Sequence record: DRR378314_434
Direction: 5' to 3' (one strand)
DNA length: 64,000 nt
Positions 50,892 to 63,527 of the stretch are shown one piece after another. Positions within the stretch are counted from its first letter, which is position 1. Each line of letters begins with the position of its first letter. The notes under the pieces are model-generated. The model was given only the letters and a program-made list of their open reading frames with translations, was not told where the DNA came from and ran no database searches. The position numbers and the translations under genes are program-made.

Positions 50892-52314
50892 TTGACTGCT
50901 CCTTCTCATTTAGTGTGTCCCAGTCAAACTTTTCGCTACTGCGAAAAATGCCTACTAGACATATTAGACCGGAAACTGCACATGACACTAAAGCGGCGAC
51001 ATAGAAGCCGACAACAAAATAACTCAGCATACCAAATGCCGTACCGAACCCCATAGCGCACGCCGCGTATGTTCCCGTCAGCCGACGATGATACAGCCCC
51101 AGTACAATTGGCCAGATGGTGCTGGCAACAAAAGCTCCGGCAAAATTCAATAGAGCACCTAAGGTTGCAACGCGCGGCAAGCACAATAACCAGGTAACGA
51201 CTCCTAAGCCTAGAATACAACTGCGATTAAAGCGCATTAATGTTTTGTCGCTGGCTTTAGGTTTCAGTTTTTTATGGAAAATATCCTGCGTGACTAAATC
51301 TGAAGTAGCTGCGAGTAACGAGTCCAGGCTGGACGCCAACGCAGAAAAAATAACAATAAAAACAATAATGGCTCCGGCTTTACCGAGTACAGCAGCGGCA
51401 ACGGTAGGGCCAATCATATCGGGGCTTGGTGGAAAAATTCCCAGCTGAGGCGCAGCTAACGCAATGAACCCGGTAACAATAGGAATGGGCAGCCATAATA
51501 AGCCACCGGTTAAATAAGCCTTGTAAGCCACATTCTTTTTAAAAGACAGCGCCCGTGACCACCAGACATTGGAATGAAAGATTTCCCCAAGGCCGAAGAA
51601 GATATTGTTAAACAGAAACATGACGGCAGCCGGAAACAGCATGTCCAAAAGCTGCGGATGCTCACTTGTCAGGTTGCTGTGAATGCTCTCCAGGCCAACA
51701 TTATCAATTATCCAGTAAGCGATAAAACTGACACCGACAATGATGATTAAAGCCTGAATAAAGTCGGTAGCGATAACCGCCCGCATTCCGCCAAAGAGTG
51801 TGTAGCCAACACAAATTACCAGTATGGTGGTCATGCCAATGTGATAATCGAGCCCACTGAGTGACTCAAGCAAAATACCACCAGCCATACCCAGACTAAT
51901 TAACCAGCCAAAAGCATAAACCACAGAAATGATGATAAAGACGAGCCAGGCCAGATTACCATAACGCAAACGCACAAAGTCGCCCGATGTATAGCCGTTA
52001 GGAAGCAGTTCCTTAATGCGTTTAGCCATAGGTGCAAACAGCACTAAGCCCAGAGCAGCAAAGGAATACCCTACCATGCCCCAAATGCCGAATTGATAGG
52101 TTAACTGGGGAGCAACCAGCGTGGTGTTACTGGTAACCCAGGTGGCCATAGCCGTTGCCGCTGCAAACGCAAAACCAACATTCCGCCCTGCCAGAGCAAA
52201 GTCCTCGTGGCTGCGGTTCTTCCGCCCCAGCCAATAACCAAAGGCCACCCAGAACACCCCAAACAGGACGATAATCGTGATGCCGGTACTAGTATCCAGT
52301 GCGAACTCAGTCAT
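50878..52314 (-). CDS. Sodium:solute symporter (SSS; Dur3/PutP-like)
   Basis: LAGRNVG, YTLFGGMRAVIATD, SSLDSLL; about 13 hydrophobic segments. Confidence 0.88.
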   Translation of the reverse strand: MTEFALDTSTGITIIVLFGVFWVAFGYWLGRKNRSHEDFALAGRNVGFAFAAATAMATWVTSNTTLVAPQLTYQFGIWGMVGYSFAALGLVLFAPMAKRIKELLPNGYTSGDFVRLRYGNLAWLVFIIISVVYAFGWLISLGMAGGILLESLSGLDYHIGMTTILVICVGYTLFGGMRAVIATDFIQALIIIVGVSFIAYWIIDNVGLESIHSNLTSEHPQLLDMLFPAAVMFLFNNIFFGLGEIFHSNVWWSRALSFKKNVAYKAYLTGGLLWLPIPIVTGFIALAAPQLGIFPPSPDMIGPTVAAAVLGKAGAIIVFIVIFSALASSLDSLLAATSDLVTQDIFHKKLKPKASDKTLMRFNRSCILGLGVVTWLLCLPRVATLGALLNFAGAFVASTIWPIVLGLYHRRLTGTYAACAMGFGTAFGMLSYFVVGFYVAALVSCAVSGLICLVGIFRSSEKFDWDTLNEKEQSNANQ

Positions 52315-52795
52315 GGCGCTCTTGTCTGGAGTGGATCCATTGCCGATGAAGCAATAATAAGGTTGCTACCAAAGTAATGAAAATAACCAGGCCGACGAAG
52401 AATAAAGTCAGAGATTGCCAGAGCGGATAGTGCTCCACCGTTATCTCAATAGTATTGCTGGTATAAATTTGGTTATCAGGACCTTCGGCTCTAGCACGCA
52501 AATAATAAGTTCCATTGCTAAAACCGGTAAGTGAAATATCCTGGAAGTCACCTAGTGTAGGAAACTGACGAGTACTCTTGGCAAACTCTGAATTGCTGGC
52601 AACTTCAATAGTAACTCTGTTAAGCTCGTCAAAATTCGGAGCGCTAACAGAAACAGTGAAGTAACCTTCTTTTACAACGGAGTCCGGCCCGCTCAGTTTT
52701 AACGAGCTCGCATGCGCAGTTGTTGGCAACATTACCAACAAACATAAAGCAAACAAAATATAGCAATAGTTAAAGCCGTTTTTCTGCGTTGTCAT
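52307..52795 (-). CDS. Hypothetical exported protein with beta-sandwich-like domain and C-terminal TM anchor
   Basis: Signal peptide ending AHA, GTYYLRARA, C-terminal hydrophobic helix; overlaps the symporter start. Confidence 0.7.
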   Translation of the reverse strand: MTTQKNGFNYCYILFALCLLVMLPTTAHASSLKLSGPDSVVKEGYFTVSVSAPNFDELNRVTIEVASNSEFAKSTRQFPTLGDFQDISLTGFSNGTYYLRARAEGPDNQIYTSNTIEITVEHYPLWQSLTLFFVGLVIFITLVATLLLLHRQWIHSRQERHD

Positions 52796-52830
52796 TAAAA
52801 CTTCTGCTCATTAGCATTAGTTGAAATCTC

Positions 52831-52859
52831 AGGCTAGCAGCAGAATTTTTTAATTTCAA
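52831..52859 (-). promoter_or_regulatory. Putative sigma70/sigmaS-type promoter of the 52795-47663 operon
   Basis: TTGAAA-17 bp-TAGCCT with C at -13. Confidence 0.4.
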
Positions 52860-52940
52860 CTGTTTAAAATAGTCATCTGTTTACTGTTATTGCTCGTAAT
52901 CAGTTCAACATATTATTTACGTTTAGTGGTCAGTCATTCA

Positions 52941-53312
52941 ATGCAAAAGTATTTATGCAGTCTCGGTTCAAACCTTGAGCCTGAAACACATTTTCCTCAG
53001 GCACAAGTGGCCCTTAAAGCTTTATCCGACGATATACGCTTTTCACGAAACATACCGACTTCACCAGTCGACATGGATACGAATAACGATTTTTTGAACG
53101 CCTTATTTATTATTCGCACGCCTATGTCTGCGAATGAATTAAAGCAAAAGTTTAATGCTATCGAAGAGGCTATGGGCCGCGACCGCTCAGACCCACAAAG
53201 AAGCTTTAAAGATCGCACCATAGATATTGATATCCTGGGACGGCTTGAAGAGAAACCTCCGGTACCGGAATATTTAACCTCTTTATTACCAGATTTAGGA
53301 CTCACCTCATGA
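52941..53312 (+). CDS. folK: Short FolK (HPPK)-like protein
   Basis: SLGSNL, FLNA, IEEAMGR, DRTIDIDIL; start ATG 52941. Confidence 0.75.
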   Translation: MQKYLCSLGSNLEPETHFPQAQVALKALSDDIRFSRNIPTSPVDMDTNNDFLNALFIIRTPMSANELKQKFNAIEEAMGRDRSDPQRSFKDRTIDIDILGRLEEKPPVPEYLTSLLPDLGLTS

Positions 53313-54016
53313 AAAAAACAGCAGTTATTACAGGCGCCGGGCGACGTTTTGGTTTTGAACTAGCCAAAGCCTTGCTGACGGAGGGCTACCAGTTATTTGC
53401 TCACTACAATAGCTCGCGTGACGGTATTGACGAGCTGGAAGCACTTGGCGCTCAGGGCGTACAAGCAGATTTCACCAACATAGACAGTATTCAGGCGATG
53501 GTGCGTACTATTAGCAGCGCTACGGACTCTGTCGATCTATTGGTTAACAACGCTTCCTGTTTTTTCGACAACGAAACCGTTGATAACGACAACAACGCGT
53601 TAGCTGCGGTATTCCAGGTACACGGAATGGCACCCTATCTGCTTATAAGCGGCTTGCAACGGCAATTAAGCCATTCCGGGAATGGACTGGTTATTAATAT
53701 TACGGACATCTACGCTGACCGCCCGTCTACAGACTATATTGCTTATTGCGCAGCGAAAGCCGGGCTCGCCAACATGACCCAGGCCTTTGCTAAAAGTTTA
53801 GCGCCATCAGTAAGAGTCAACGCCATTCAGCCAGGCCCTATTCTATTTTTACCAGAGCACGATAAAGAACATCGTATGCAGGTTCTGGATGAGACACCAT
53901 TGCGGGTTGAAGGGGGTTTAGAGCCAATGATAGAAACCGTTCGCTTTTTACGCGACAACCCGTTTATTACGGGCGAGTCCATTAAAGTCGACGGCGGTCG
54001 CGGCTTAATGATATAA
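53309..54016 (+). CDS. folM: FolM-like pteridine reductase (SDR)
   Basis: TGAGRRFG, NNAS, ITD, YCAAKA, VDGGR. Confidence 0.8.
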   Translation: MKKTAVITGAGRRFGFELAKALLTEGYQLFAHYNSSRDGIDELEALGAQGVQADFTNIDSIQAMVRTISSATDSVDLLVNNASCFFDNETVDNDNNALAAVFQVHGMAPYLLISGLQRQLSHSGNGLVINITDIYADRPSTDYIAYCAAKAGLANMTQAFAKSLAPSVRVNAIQPGPILFLPEHDKEHRMQVLDETPLRVEGGLEPMIETVRFLRDNPFITGESIKVDGGRGLMI

Positions 54017-54042
54017 AAAAACCCGGCACGGTGGCCGGGTTT
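54015..54042. terminator. Terminator between folM and acnA (U-tract strongest for acnA)
   Basis: aaacccggc-acggtg-gccgggttt preceded by an A-run. Confidence 0.8.
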
Positions 54043-54061
54043 CAGTTCACTATAGCGACTC

Positions 54062-56731
<2,670 letters not shown>

Positions 56732-56989
56732 AGATTCTCTCCCATTCGCTTCCAAAGCGTCGTTGTGAACTAAACGGTCTCTTAAATATAGACAAACAGA
56801 ACCGTTTCAGCCATCAAATGTGTGCTTTGATGAAAACATAAATCAAAAGTTTGTGCCAATTAACTGCTGGTTAAGTACTCAGTTAAGCAACTATTTTTAT
56901 TATAAATTGTGTTTATATTACATAGTCGGTAAAAAGTGTTTAAGATCAATCAGACATCAGTCTTAGTGAATAAAATAAGGATATAATGG

Positions 56990-57850
56990 ATGAGTCAGGT
57001 ACTCGATGATTTACTCGACCTGCTAACCCTGGAGAGCATTGAGGACGGTCTTTACCGTGGACAAAGTCAGGATCTAGGCTTTGGCGCAGTTTTTGGTGGT
57101 CAGGTCATTGGACAGGCGCTGTCGGCGGCTAAAGAAACTTTACCTCAGGAGCGAGTGTGCCATTCGTTTCACAGTTACTTTTTACGCCCGGGTGACGCCA
57201 AAAAACCCATTGTTTATGACGTTGAAACCATACGTGACGGCAAAAGTTTTTCCGCACGCAGAGTCAAAGCCATACAATATGGTAAACCCATTTTCTACAT
57301 GACGGCGTCTTTCCAGCAACAGGAAGAAGGCTTTGAGCATCAGGACACCATGCCTGAAGTGCCCGGTCCAGAAGGCTTAGTTTCAGACTTGGATATTTAT
57401 CGTGAACACGAAGAGTTAATACCGGCACCATTACGCAAAAAGTTCATTTGCGACAAGCCCATAGAAATGCGCTTTGTTACCCCATATAACCCATTTAAAC
57501 CTGAAAAAGACGAGCCTCGCCGTTATGTCTGGTTCAGAGCTAACGGCAACATGCCGGACGATCAGCGTGTGCACAAATACTTGCTGGCTTATGCGTCAGA
57601 CTTTAACTTTTTACCGACAGCACTGCAGCCTCATGGCGTTAGCTTTGCTCAACCCCATATGCAGGTTGCAACCGTTGATCATGCCATGTGGTTCCATCGC
57701 GATTTCCGTATGGATGACTGGCTGCTCTACGCAATAGATAGCCCTTCTGCCAGTGGTCAGCGCGGTTTAGTTCGTGGGCAAATATTCACACGTGACGGCG
57801 TATTGGTTGCCTCAACAATTCAGGAAGGTGTTATACGGGACCGCGGTTAA
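56990..57850 (+). CDS. tesB: Acyl-CoA thioesterase II
   Basis: [27 protein letters not shown]. Confidence 0.95.
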   Translation: MSQVLDDLLDLLTLESIEDGLYRGQSQDLGFGAVFGGQVIGQALSAAKETLPQERVCHSFHSYFLRPGDAKKPIVYDVETIRDGKSFSARRVKAIQYGKPIFYMTASFQQQEEGFEHQDTMPEVPGPEGLVSDLDIYREHEELIPAPLRKKFICDKPIEMRFVTPYNPFKPEKDEPRRYVWFRANGNMPDDQRVHKYLLAYASDFNFLPTALQPHGVSFAQPHMQVATVDHAMWFHRDFRMDDWLLYAIDSPSASGQRGLVRGQIFTRDGVLVASTIQEGVIRDRG

Positions 57851-57888
57851 ACGCGATCCCGATATTAGGGCGTATTGACGTTTACTGA

Positions 57889-59097
57889 TTAGGTCAGAGA
57901 AACAAAGAAACCGGCAATTGCAGCACTCATCATGTTTGCCAAAGTCGCTGCTAATAAAGCACGCATACCTAAACGAGCAATGTCATGGCGTCGGCTGGGC
58001 GCCATACCGCCTAACCCGCCCAGCAAAATAGCAATAGACGAAAAGTTCGCAAACCCGCAAAGCACAAAGGTAATGATAACCTGCGAGTTTTCACTTAACT
58101 GATCTTTGTAATTGACAAAATCGAGGTAGGCGACAAATTCATTAATAACCAGCTTCTGACCAATAAAGCTTCCCGCCAGGTTAGCTTCATCCCAACTGAC
58201 CCCTAATACATAGGCAACGGGCTGAAATACATAACCAAAAATTTGCTGTAAGGTGATTTCAGAATACCCAAACCAACCGCCAACCCAGCCAAAAATACCG
58301 TTAACCAGTGCAATAAGCGCAACGAAGGCTAACAACATAGCACCAACGTTCATGGCTAATTGCAGACCGCTCGACGCGCCCGTAGCCGCGGCATCAATCA
58401 CGTTTGCAGAATTGTCTTCTACTTCCACTTCTTCTAAATCGTTACGCGGTTTCTCGCACTCGGGAATCATCATCTTCGCCATGAGGAAACCACCGGGAGC
58501 TGCCATAAAGCTTGCGGCGATCAGGTATTTCAACTCAACTCCAACACCGGCGTAACCCGCTAAAACTGAACCGGACACCGACGCCATTCCCCCCACCATC
58601 ACGGCAAAAAGCTCAGAACGGGTCATCGTTCCGATAAATGGCCGCACCATCATAGGTGCTTCGGTCTGTCCGACAAAAATATTAGCAGCGGCGGACATGG
58701 ACTCCGGACGGCTGGTACCCAGCAGCTTTTGCAGACCACCACCAAGAATACGGATGACCCATTTCATAATGCCTAAGTAGTACAGAACCGAAATGAGTGA
58801 AGAGAAGAATACAATAACGGACAGGACTTGAATGGCAAAAACGAAACCAAATTCTTCAGACGCCAGGCTGCCAAACAGAAAGTTTATACCGGCTTGGGTG
58901 TAACCTATGACCGCCGAGACACCTTGCGCAAAACCGAACAGTAACTCTCGCCCAATAGGCACGTAAAGCACAAACCCAGCCAGTACGACTTGAATACCAA
59001 AAGCGCCGATAACAGTACGCCAGCGAATGGCTTTACGGTTCGTTGAAACTAAATAAGCAACAATAAAAATGACGGCAACGCCGAGAATACTATTCAT
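57889..59097 (-). CDS. NupC/CNT-family nucleoside transporter
   Basis: NIFVGQTEAP, KLVINEFVAY, LCGFANFSSI. Confidence 0.92.
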   Translation of the reverse strand: MNSILGVAVIFIVAYLVSTNRKAIRWRTVIGAFGIQVVLAGFVLYVPIGRELLFGFAQGVSAVIGYTQAGINFLFGSLASEEFGFVFAIQVLSVIVFFSSLISVLYYLGIMKWVIRILGGGLQKLLGTSRPESMSAAANIFVGQTEAPMMVRPFIGTMTRSELFAVMVGGMASVSGSVLAGYAGVGVELKYLIAASFMAAPGGFLMAKMMIPECEKPRNDLEEVEVEDNSANVIDAAATGASSGLQLAMNVGAMLLAFVALIALVNGIFGWVGGWFGYSEITLQQIFGYVFQPVAYVLGVSWDEANLAGSFIGQKLVINEFVAYLDFVNYKDQLSENSQVIITFVLCGFANFSSIAILLGGLGGMAPSRRHDIARLGMRALLAATLANMMSAAIAGFFVSLT

Positions 59098-59110
59098 AAA
59101 AGAACCAATT

Positions 59111-59743
59111 TTATTCCGCCAGCAACTGACGTATTTTTGTTTTTATAATATCAATGGCGATTTCGTTTTGACCACCGCGAGTGACAACGAGATCAGCAAA
59201 CTGCTTAGACGGGAATATAAAGTCAAAGAATGCGGGACGAACATACTGCTCATATTGTTCAGTAACCGACTGCAACGTACGTCCACGCTCTTCAATATCG
59301 CGCTTGATACGGCGCAGCAGGCAAATATCCAATGGCGTGTCCATAAATACCGAGATATCAAACTGTTCACGTAACTTTTCGTCGGTTAACAGCAAAATAC
59401 CCTCAACCATTACGACTTTTGCCGGAGCAACCCGTATAGATTTTTCCAGGCGGGTATGCGTAGTATGACTGTACTGTGGCATATCGACCGCTTCACCGGC
59501 CTTTAACTGCCGCAAATGTTGCATCAGCAAATCATGTTCAAAAGCAGCAGGTTGATCATAGTTAGTTAACACCCGCTGCTCCATGGTCATATGACTCTGG
59601 TCACGGTAGTAAGCGTCTTCGGCCAGAATAGCAATGCCGTCAGTTCCTAATTCAGCCACTAACTCCTGATACACCGTGGAGGCAAACAGACTTTTTCCCG
59701 ACGCTGAGGCGCCAGCTATCGCTATAACTGTTATTTTACTCAC
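59111..59743 (-). CDS. udk: Uridine kinase
   Basis: IAGASASGKS, EDAYY, EGILL, RRIKRDIEERGR. Confidence 0.95.
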   Translation of the reverse strand: MSKITVIAIAGASASGKSLFASTVYQELVAELGTDGIAILAEDAYYRDQSHMTMEQRVLTNYDQPAAFEHDLLMQHLRQLKAGEAVDMPQYSHTTHTRLEKSIRVAPAKVVMVEGILLLTDEKLREQFDISVFMDTPLDICLLRRIKRDIEERGRTLQSVTEQYEQYVRPAFFDFIFPSKQFADLVVTRGGQNEIAIDIIKTKIRQLLAE

Positions 59744-59958
59744 AAGCTTCCGTTTCTAATTGCTGCAAACCGCGCGCAATTATCCTTGATTGTCTGCGTA
59801 ATTAAAAGACTTGACTGACACCTTTATTGTCATAACTTTGGCCGATAATCCCTCATATGTTTAATTTCGTTACAATTTAGCCTGAACATAAGCATGCATA
59901 TCAGTCCCCCCTCTCTTATAGTAAGTTCGCTAAATAAAAAAATAATCCAGGAACCACT

Positions 59959-62733
59959 ATGAAAATGATGAAAACTTTAACCGCCGTTGCTGTAGCAACT
60001 GTGTTACTAGGCGGTTGTCAGACAACTCAGTCAGCTAATAACGGGCAGGCTGTCAGCCAGTCACAATTCCCCGAAGTAAAGGTCAACTACGAGACATTTA
60101 CATTGGATAACGGTTTAACGGTTGTTGTTCATGAAGATCGCAAAGCGCCGATCGTTGCGGTTAATGTTTGGTACGCCGTTGGCTCTAAAGACGAAAAAAT
60201 GGGCCAAACGGGTTTTGCCCACTTATTTGAGCACTTAATGTTTAACGGTACCGAAAACTACGATGACGAGTACTTCGGTCCTTTTGAACGCGCTGGTGCA
60301 ACAGAAATGAACGGCACCACCAACAATGACCGTACCAACTATTTTGAAAATGTTCCTACACCGGCATTGGATATGGCCTTGTGGATGGAGTCTGATCGTA
60401 TGGGTCACCTGTTAGGAGCCATAACTCAGGACAAACTAGACGAGCAGCGCGGCGTTGTGCAAAACGAAAAGCGCCAGGGTGAAGCTCAGCCGTATGGTAA
60501 GGCCTGGAGTTATATCGCCGAGCAGACCTTCCCCGAAGGACATCCGTACTCATGGTCGGTTATTGGCTCTATGGAAGACTTGAACGCAGCTTCTCTGGAC
60601 GACGTTCACCAATGGTTTGAGGATTACTACGGTGCAGCTAACGCAGTTTTGGTTTTAGCCGGTGATATTGATGTTGAAACCGCGAAAGAAAAAGTGACCA
60701 AATACTTTGCTGATATTGGCCCTGGTAAACCACTGCAAAAACAGGAAGCCTGGGTTGCTAAACGCGATGAGCAAAAACGCTCGACTATGGAAGATCGTGT
60801 TCCGGCCCCACGGATTTATAAGGTATGGAATACCGCACAAATGGGGACTGCCGACTCCGAATACCTTAACCTGTTGGCGGACATTCTGGCTAACGGTAAA
60901 AACTCACGACTTTATGAACGCTTAGTTTATAACGAACAAATTGCCAGCTCTGTTGGTGCCTTCCAATATGGTCGCAAACTCTCTGGTCAATTCTTTATTA
61001 CGGCTGATGCCAAACCAGGTGTTGAGCTTGAGCAAATTGAAAAAATTATTGATGAAGAGCTTGAGCGTTTAATTACGGAAGGTCCAACGGCGGCAGAATT
61101 GCAACGCACGAAATTCAGCACCACAGCTGACTTTGTTCGTCGCGCTGAAAAAGTTGGCGGCTTTGGTGGTAAATCTGACATTCTGGCTTCGGGAGCGGTT
61201 TACCATGATAACCCCGGCTTCTACCAACAAGAGATGGAATGGACAAAACAAGCTTCCGTCAATGACCTACAAAATGCGGCAGAACAATGGTTAAGCTCTG
61301 GTGACTTTGTGCTTAATGTTGTACCACAACCTGAATATATTACCCAGGAAACTAATGCCGATCGCTCACAATTACCTGACGTTGGCGACTTGCCACAGCT
61401 AGAATTGCCTGAAGTTAAAACTTTCACCTTATCTAATGGTTTAGAAGTTTATCTGGCTCAACGTAGCGATACGCCAACCATTGAAATGAGTCTGGTCTTT
61501 GACAGTGGTTATGCTTCGGATGTTGGCGGCAAACTCGGAACAGCAAGTTACACCATGTCGATGCTAAAAGAAGGCACTGAAAACCTAAGCGCACTGGAAT
61601 TAAATGAGCGTTTAGAGTCTTTAGGAACCAACTTAAATGCGTCAGCCAGCCTCGATAGTTCACGCATTAGCATGGATACACTTAGTGTAAACTTTGCCGA
61701 GAGCTTAGCACTGATGAATGATGTGCTGCAGAATCCGGCTTTTTCTGACGAAGAAATTGAACGCAAGCGTTCAAACTGGATAGAAGGCATTCGCAAGGAA
61801 GAAGCTCGCCCTCAAACTCAAGCTTTACGCGTGTTGCCCGGCTTAATGTTTGGGGAAGGACACGCTTACAGCCAGCCATTAACTGGCTCAGGTACTCCTG
61901 AATCCATTAAGTCATTAACTCGTGAAGACTTAGTCCAGCACGCTCAAACTTGGTTACGCCCGGACAACGCAAAACTGGTGATTGTGGGTGATACCAACGT
62001 TGAACAAGCTCAATCTTTATTAGAAGAGCAGTTTGCCAGCTGGCAGGCTCCGGCTTCTGATAAACCAGAAAAGACTCTTGATACTTCGATGGCATCTGAA
62101 ACCAGTCGCGTATTCCTGATTGATAAACCAGGAAACCCTCAGTCAGTGATAATAGCGGGTCAGTTGGCTCCTTCTGGCCAAGTCGACAATGCTGATACTA
62201 TTGACGTAATGAACACCATTCTTGGCGGCAGTTTCACCAGTCGTCTGAACATGAACTTACGTGAAGACAAAGGCTGGTCTTATGGTGCTCGCTCTATTTG
62301 GTTAGATAACGAAGGCCCAGGGTTACTAATTGCACTGGCTCCGGTTCAAACCGATAAAACTAAAGAGTCGATTCAGGAAATTATGAAAGAATTTACTCAA
62401 TACGAAGGTGACAAACCAGCAACCGCAGACGAGCTGGCAAAAGTAAAAGCCAACAAAACAGCTAAATTACCTGGCGCCTACGAAACCAAAGGCAGCTTGC
62501 TGAACGGTTTAGTCAGCACCTTTAATAAAGGCAAAGATGTTGAGTATCTCGAGAACTATGGTCAGCGCATAAACGCCATTACGCTTAACGATATTCAGGA
62601 TAATGCGGACAAGGTTCTAAAACCTGACGCTATGACCTGGGTTATCGTTGGTGACCTGGCTGAAATTGAAGAAAAAGTACGTTCACTGAATTTAGGTGAG
62701 GTAACTATTCTAAAAGAAAGCGACGTGAAGTAA
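59959..62733 (+). CDS. M16 (pitrilysin/insulinase) zinc peptidase lipoprotein
   Basis: Lipobox LLGGC, HLFEH (HxxEH), second half with SRL..NLREDKGWSYG. Confidence 0.9.
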   Translation: MKMMKTLTAVAVATVLLGGCQTTQSANNGQAVSQSQFPEVKVNYETFTLDNGLTVVVHEDRKAPIVAVNVWYAVGSKDEKMGQTGFAHLFEHLMFNGTENYDDEYFGPFERAGATEMNGTTNNDRTNYFENVPTPALDMALWMESDRMGHLLGAITQDKLDEQRGVVQNEKRQGEAQPYGKAWSYIAEQTFPEGHPYSWSVIGSMEDLNAASLDDVHQWFEDYYGAANAVLVLAGDIDVETAKEKVTKYFADIGPGKPLQKQEAWVAKRDEQKRSTMEDRVPAPRIYKVWNTAQMGTADSEYLNLLADILANGKNSRLYERLVYNEQIASSVGAFQYGRKLSGQFFITADAKPGVELEQIEKIIDEELERLITEGPTAAELQRTKFSTTADFVRRAEKVGGFGGKSDILASGAVYHDNPGFYQQEMEWTKQASVNDLQNAAEQWLSSGDFVLNVVPQPEYITQETNADRSQLPDVGDLPQLELPEVKTFTLSNGLEVYLAQRSDTPTIEMSLVFDSGYASDVGGKLGTASYTMSMLKEGTENLSALELNERLESLGTNLNASASLDSSRISMDTLSVNFAESLALMNDVLQNPAFSDEEIERKRSNWIEGIRKEEARPQTQALRVLPGLMFGEGHAYSQPLTGSGTPESIKSLTREDLVQHAQTWLRPDNAKLVIVGDTNVEQAQSLLEEQFASWQAPASDKPEKTLDTSMASETSRVFLIDKPGNPQSVIIAGQLAPSGQVDNADTIDVMNTILGGSFTSRLNMNLREDKGWSYGARSIWLDNEGPGLLIALAPVQTDKTKESIQEIMKEFTQYEGDKPATADELAKVKANKTAKLPGAYETKGSLLNGLVSTFNKGKDVEYLENYGQRINAITLNDIQDNADKVLKPDAMTWVIVGDLAEIEEKVRSLNLGEVTILKESDVK

Positions 62734-62740
62734 CATCGTC

Positions 62741-62769
62741 TCCCCCAGTCTTTCTGACTGGGGGAATTT
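62741..62769. terminator. Hairpin between convergent genes
   Basis: tcccccagtc-tttct-gactggggga, weak U-tract. Confidence 0.65.
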
Positions 62770-62777
62770 CTCTCTCA

Positions 62778-63479
62778 TTACTCACCAAATAATTGCTCTG
62801 CGCGACTATGAAGAATCCAGCTGGTTAAAATATACTTATCATTTGATACAGGTATTCTGCCTCTATGCGTGTGAGTAAAGTAAGCTGGCGCTATAACCAT
62901 TTGACCCGCTTGGGGTTTTAGCGACCGTTCCTGATAATAAAAGTCCGTTTCGCCACCTTCGTCTACATCGTTTAAGTAATACATAAACAACAGAGCCCGA
63001 TGCAATGGCTCCGTTGAGCCTTTCTGAGGATACGCTTCGCAGTGCCAGTAATTATAATTTCCTTCACCTTTTCGATAACGCTGCATTTGTATTGCACCAA
63101 CCCGAAACAGCTTTTGCATAATTGCCATTTCGTTGCCTTTCGCTATCTCATCAAAATTATCATGTGTTAAAGCGGCTGGCTGCTGAGTTTTAGGGTGCTG
63201 CAACGTTAGCGCGACTGGCGCTATCAAGGCAAAATGATATTTTTTAAAATACTCCAACGCATATCGGGCTGTGATTTTCTGTATTTCCAGCAGCAGCTTC
63301 TGGTACTCCGGGTGAGCGTTCAATGCTAAGTCCGTACTCGACTTTTTACTCACATCAACACCACCCCCCGTGCGCCCCTGAAAGGTATGCCGTGACTTTT
63401 CGAAAACTGTGATGAGCTGCTGGCACAATTCGGAGGATAAGGCATTATCATAGGTTTCGATAAAATCATTCATAAACAT
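62778..63479 (-). CDS. 2OG-Fe(II) oxygenase family protein
   Basis: WHCE, YLNDVDEGGETDF, FTHTHRG, KYILTSW. Confidence 0.85.
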   Translation of the reverse strand: MFMNDFIETYDNALSSELCQQLITVFEKSRHTFQGRTGGGVDVSKKSSTDLALNAHPEYQKLLLEIQKITARYALEYFKKYHFALIAPVALTLQHPKTQQPAALTHDNFDEIAKGNEMAIMQKLFRVGAIQMQRYRKGEGNYNYWHCEAYPQKGSTEPLHRALLFMYYLNDVDEGGETDFYYQERSLKPQAGQMVIAPAYFTHTHRGRIPVSNDKYILTSWILHSRAEQLFGE

Positions 63480-63527
63480 GACTCTTTCTAATTGCTATAC
63501 GTTTGGCCGAGATAACATGCTAAAAAA

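Noticed and set aside
52796-52860. ttctgct/agcagaa inverted repeat as a riboswitch for the symporter operon
   Set aside because: One arm falls inside the predicted promoter spacer and would not be transcribed; no known aptamer motif recognised
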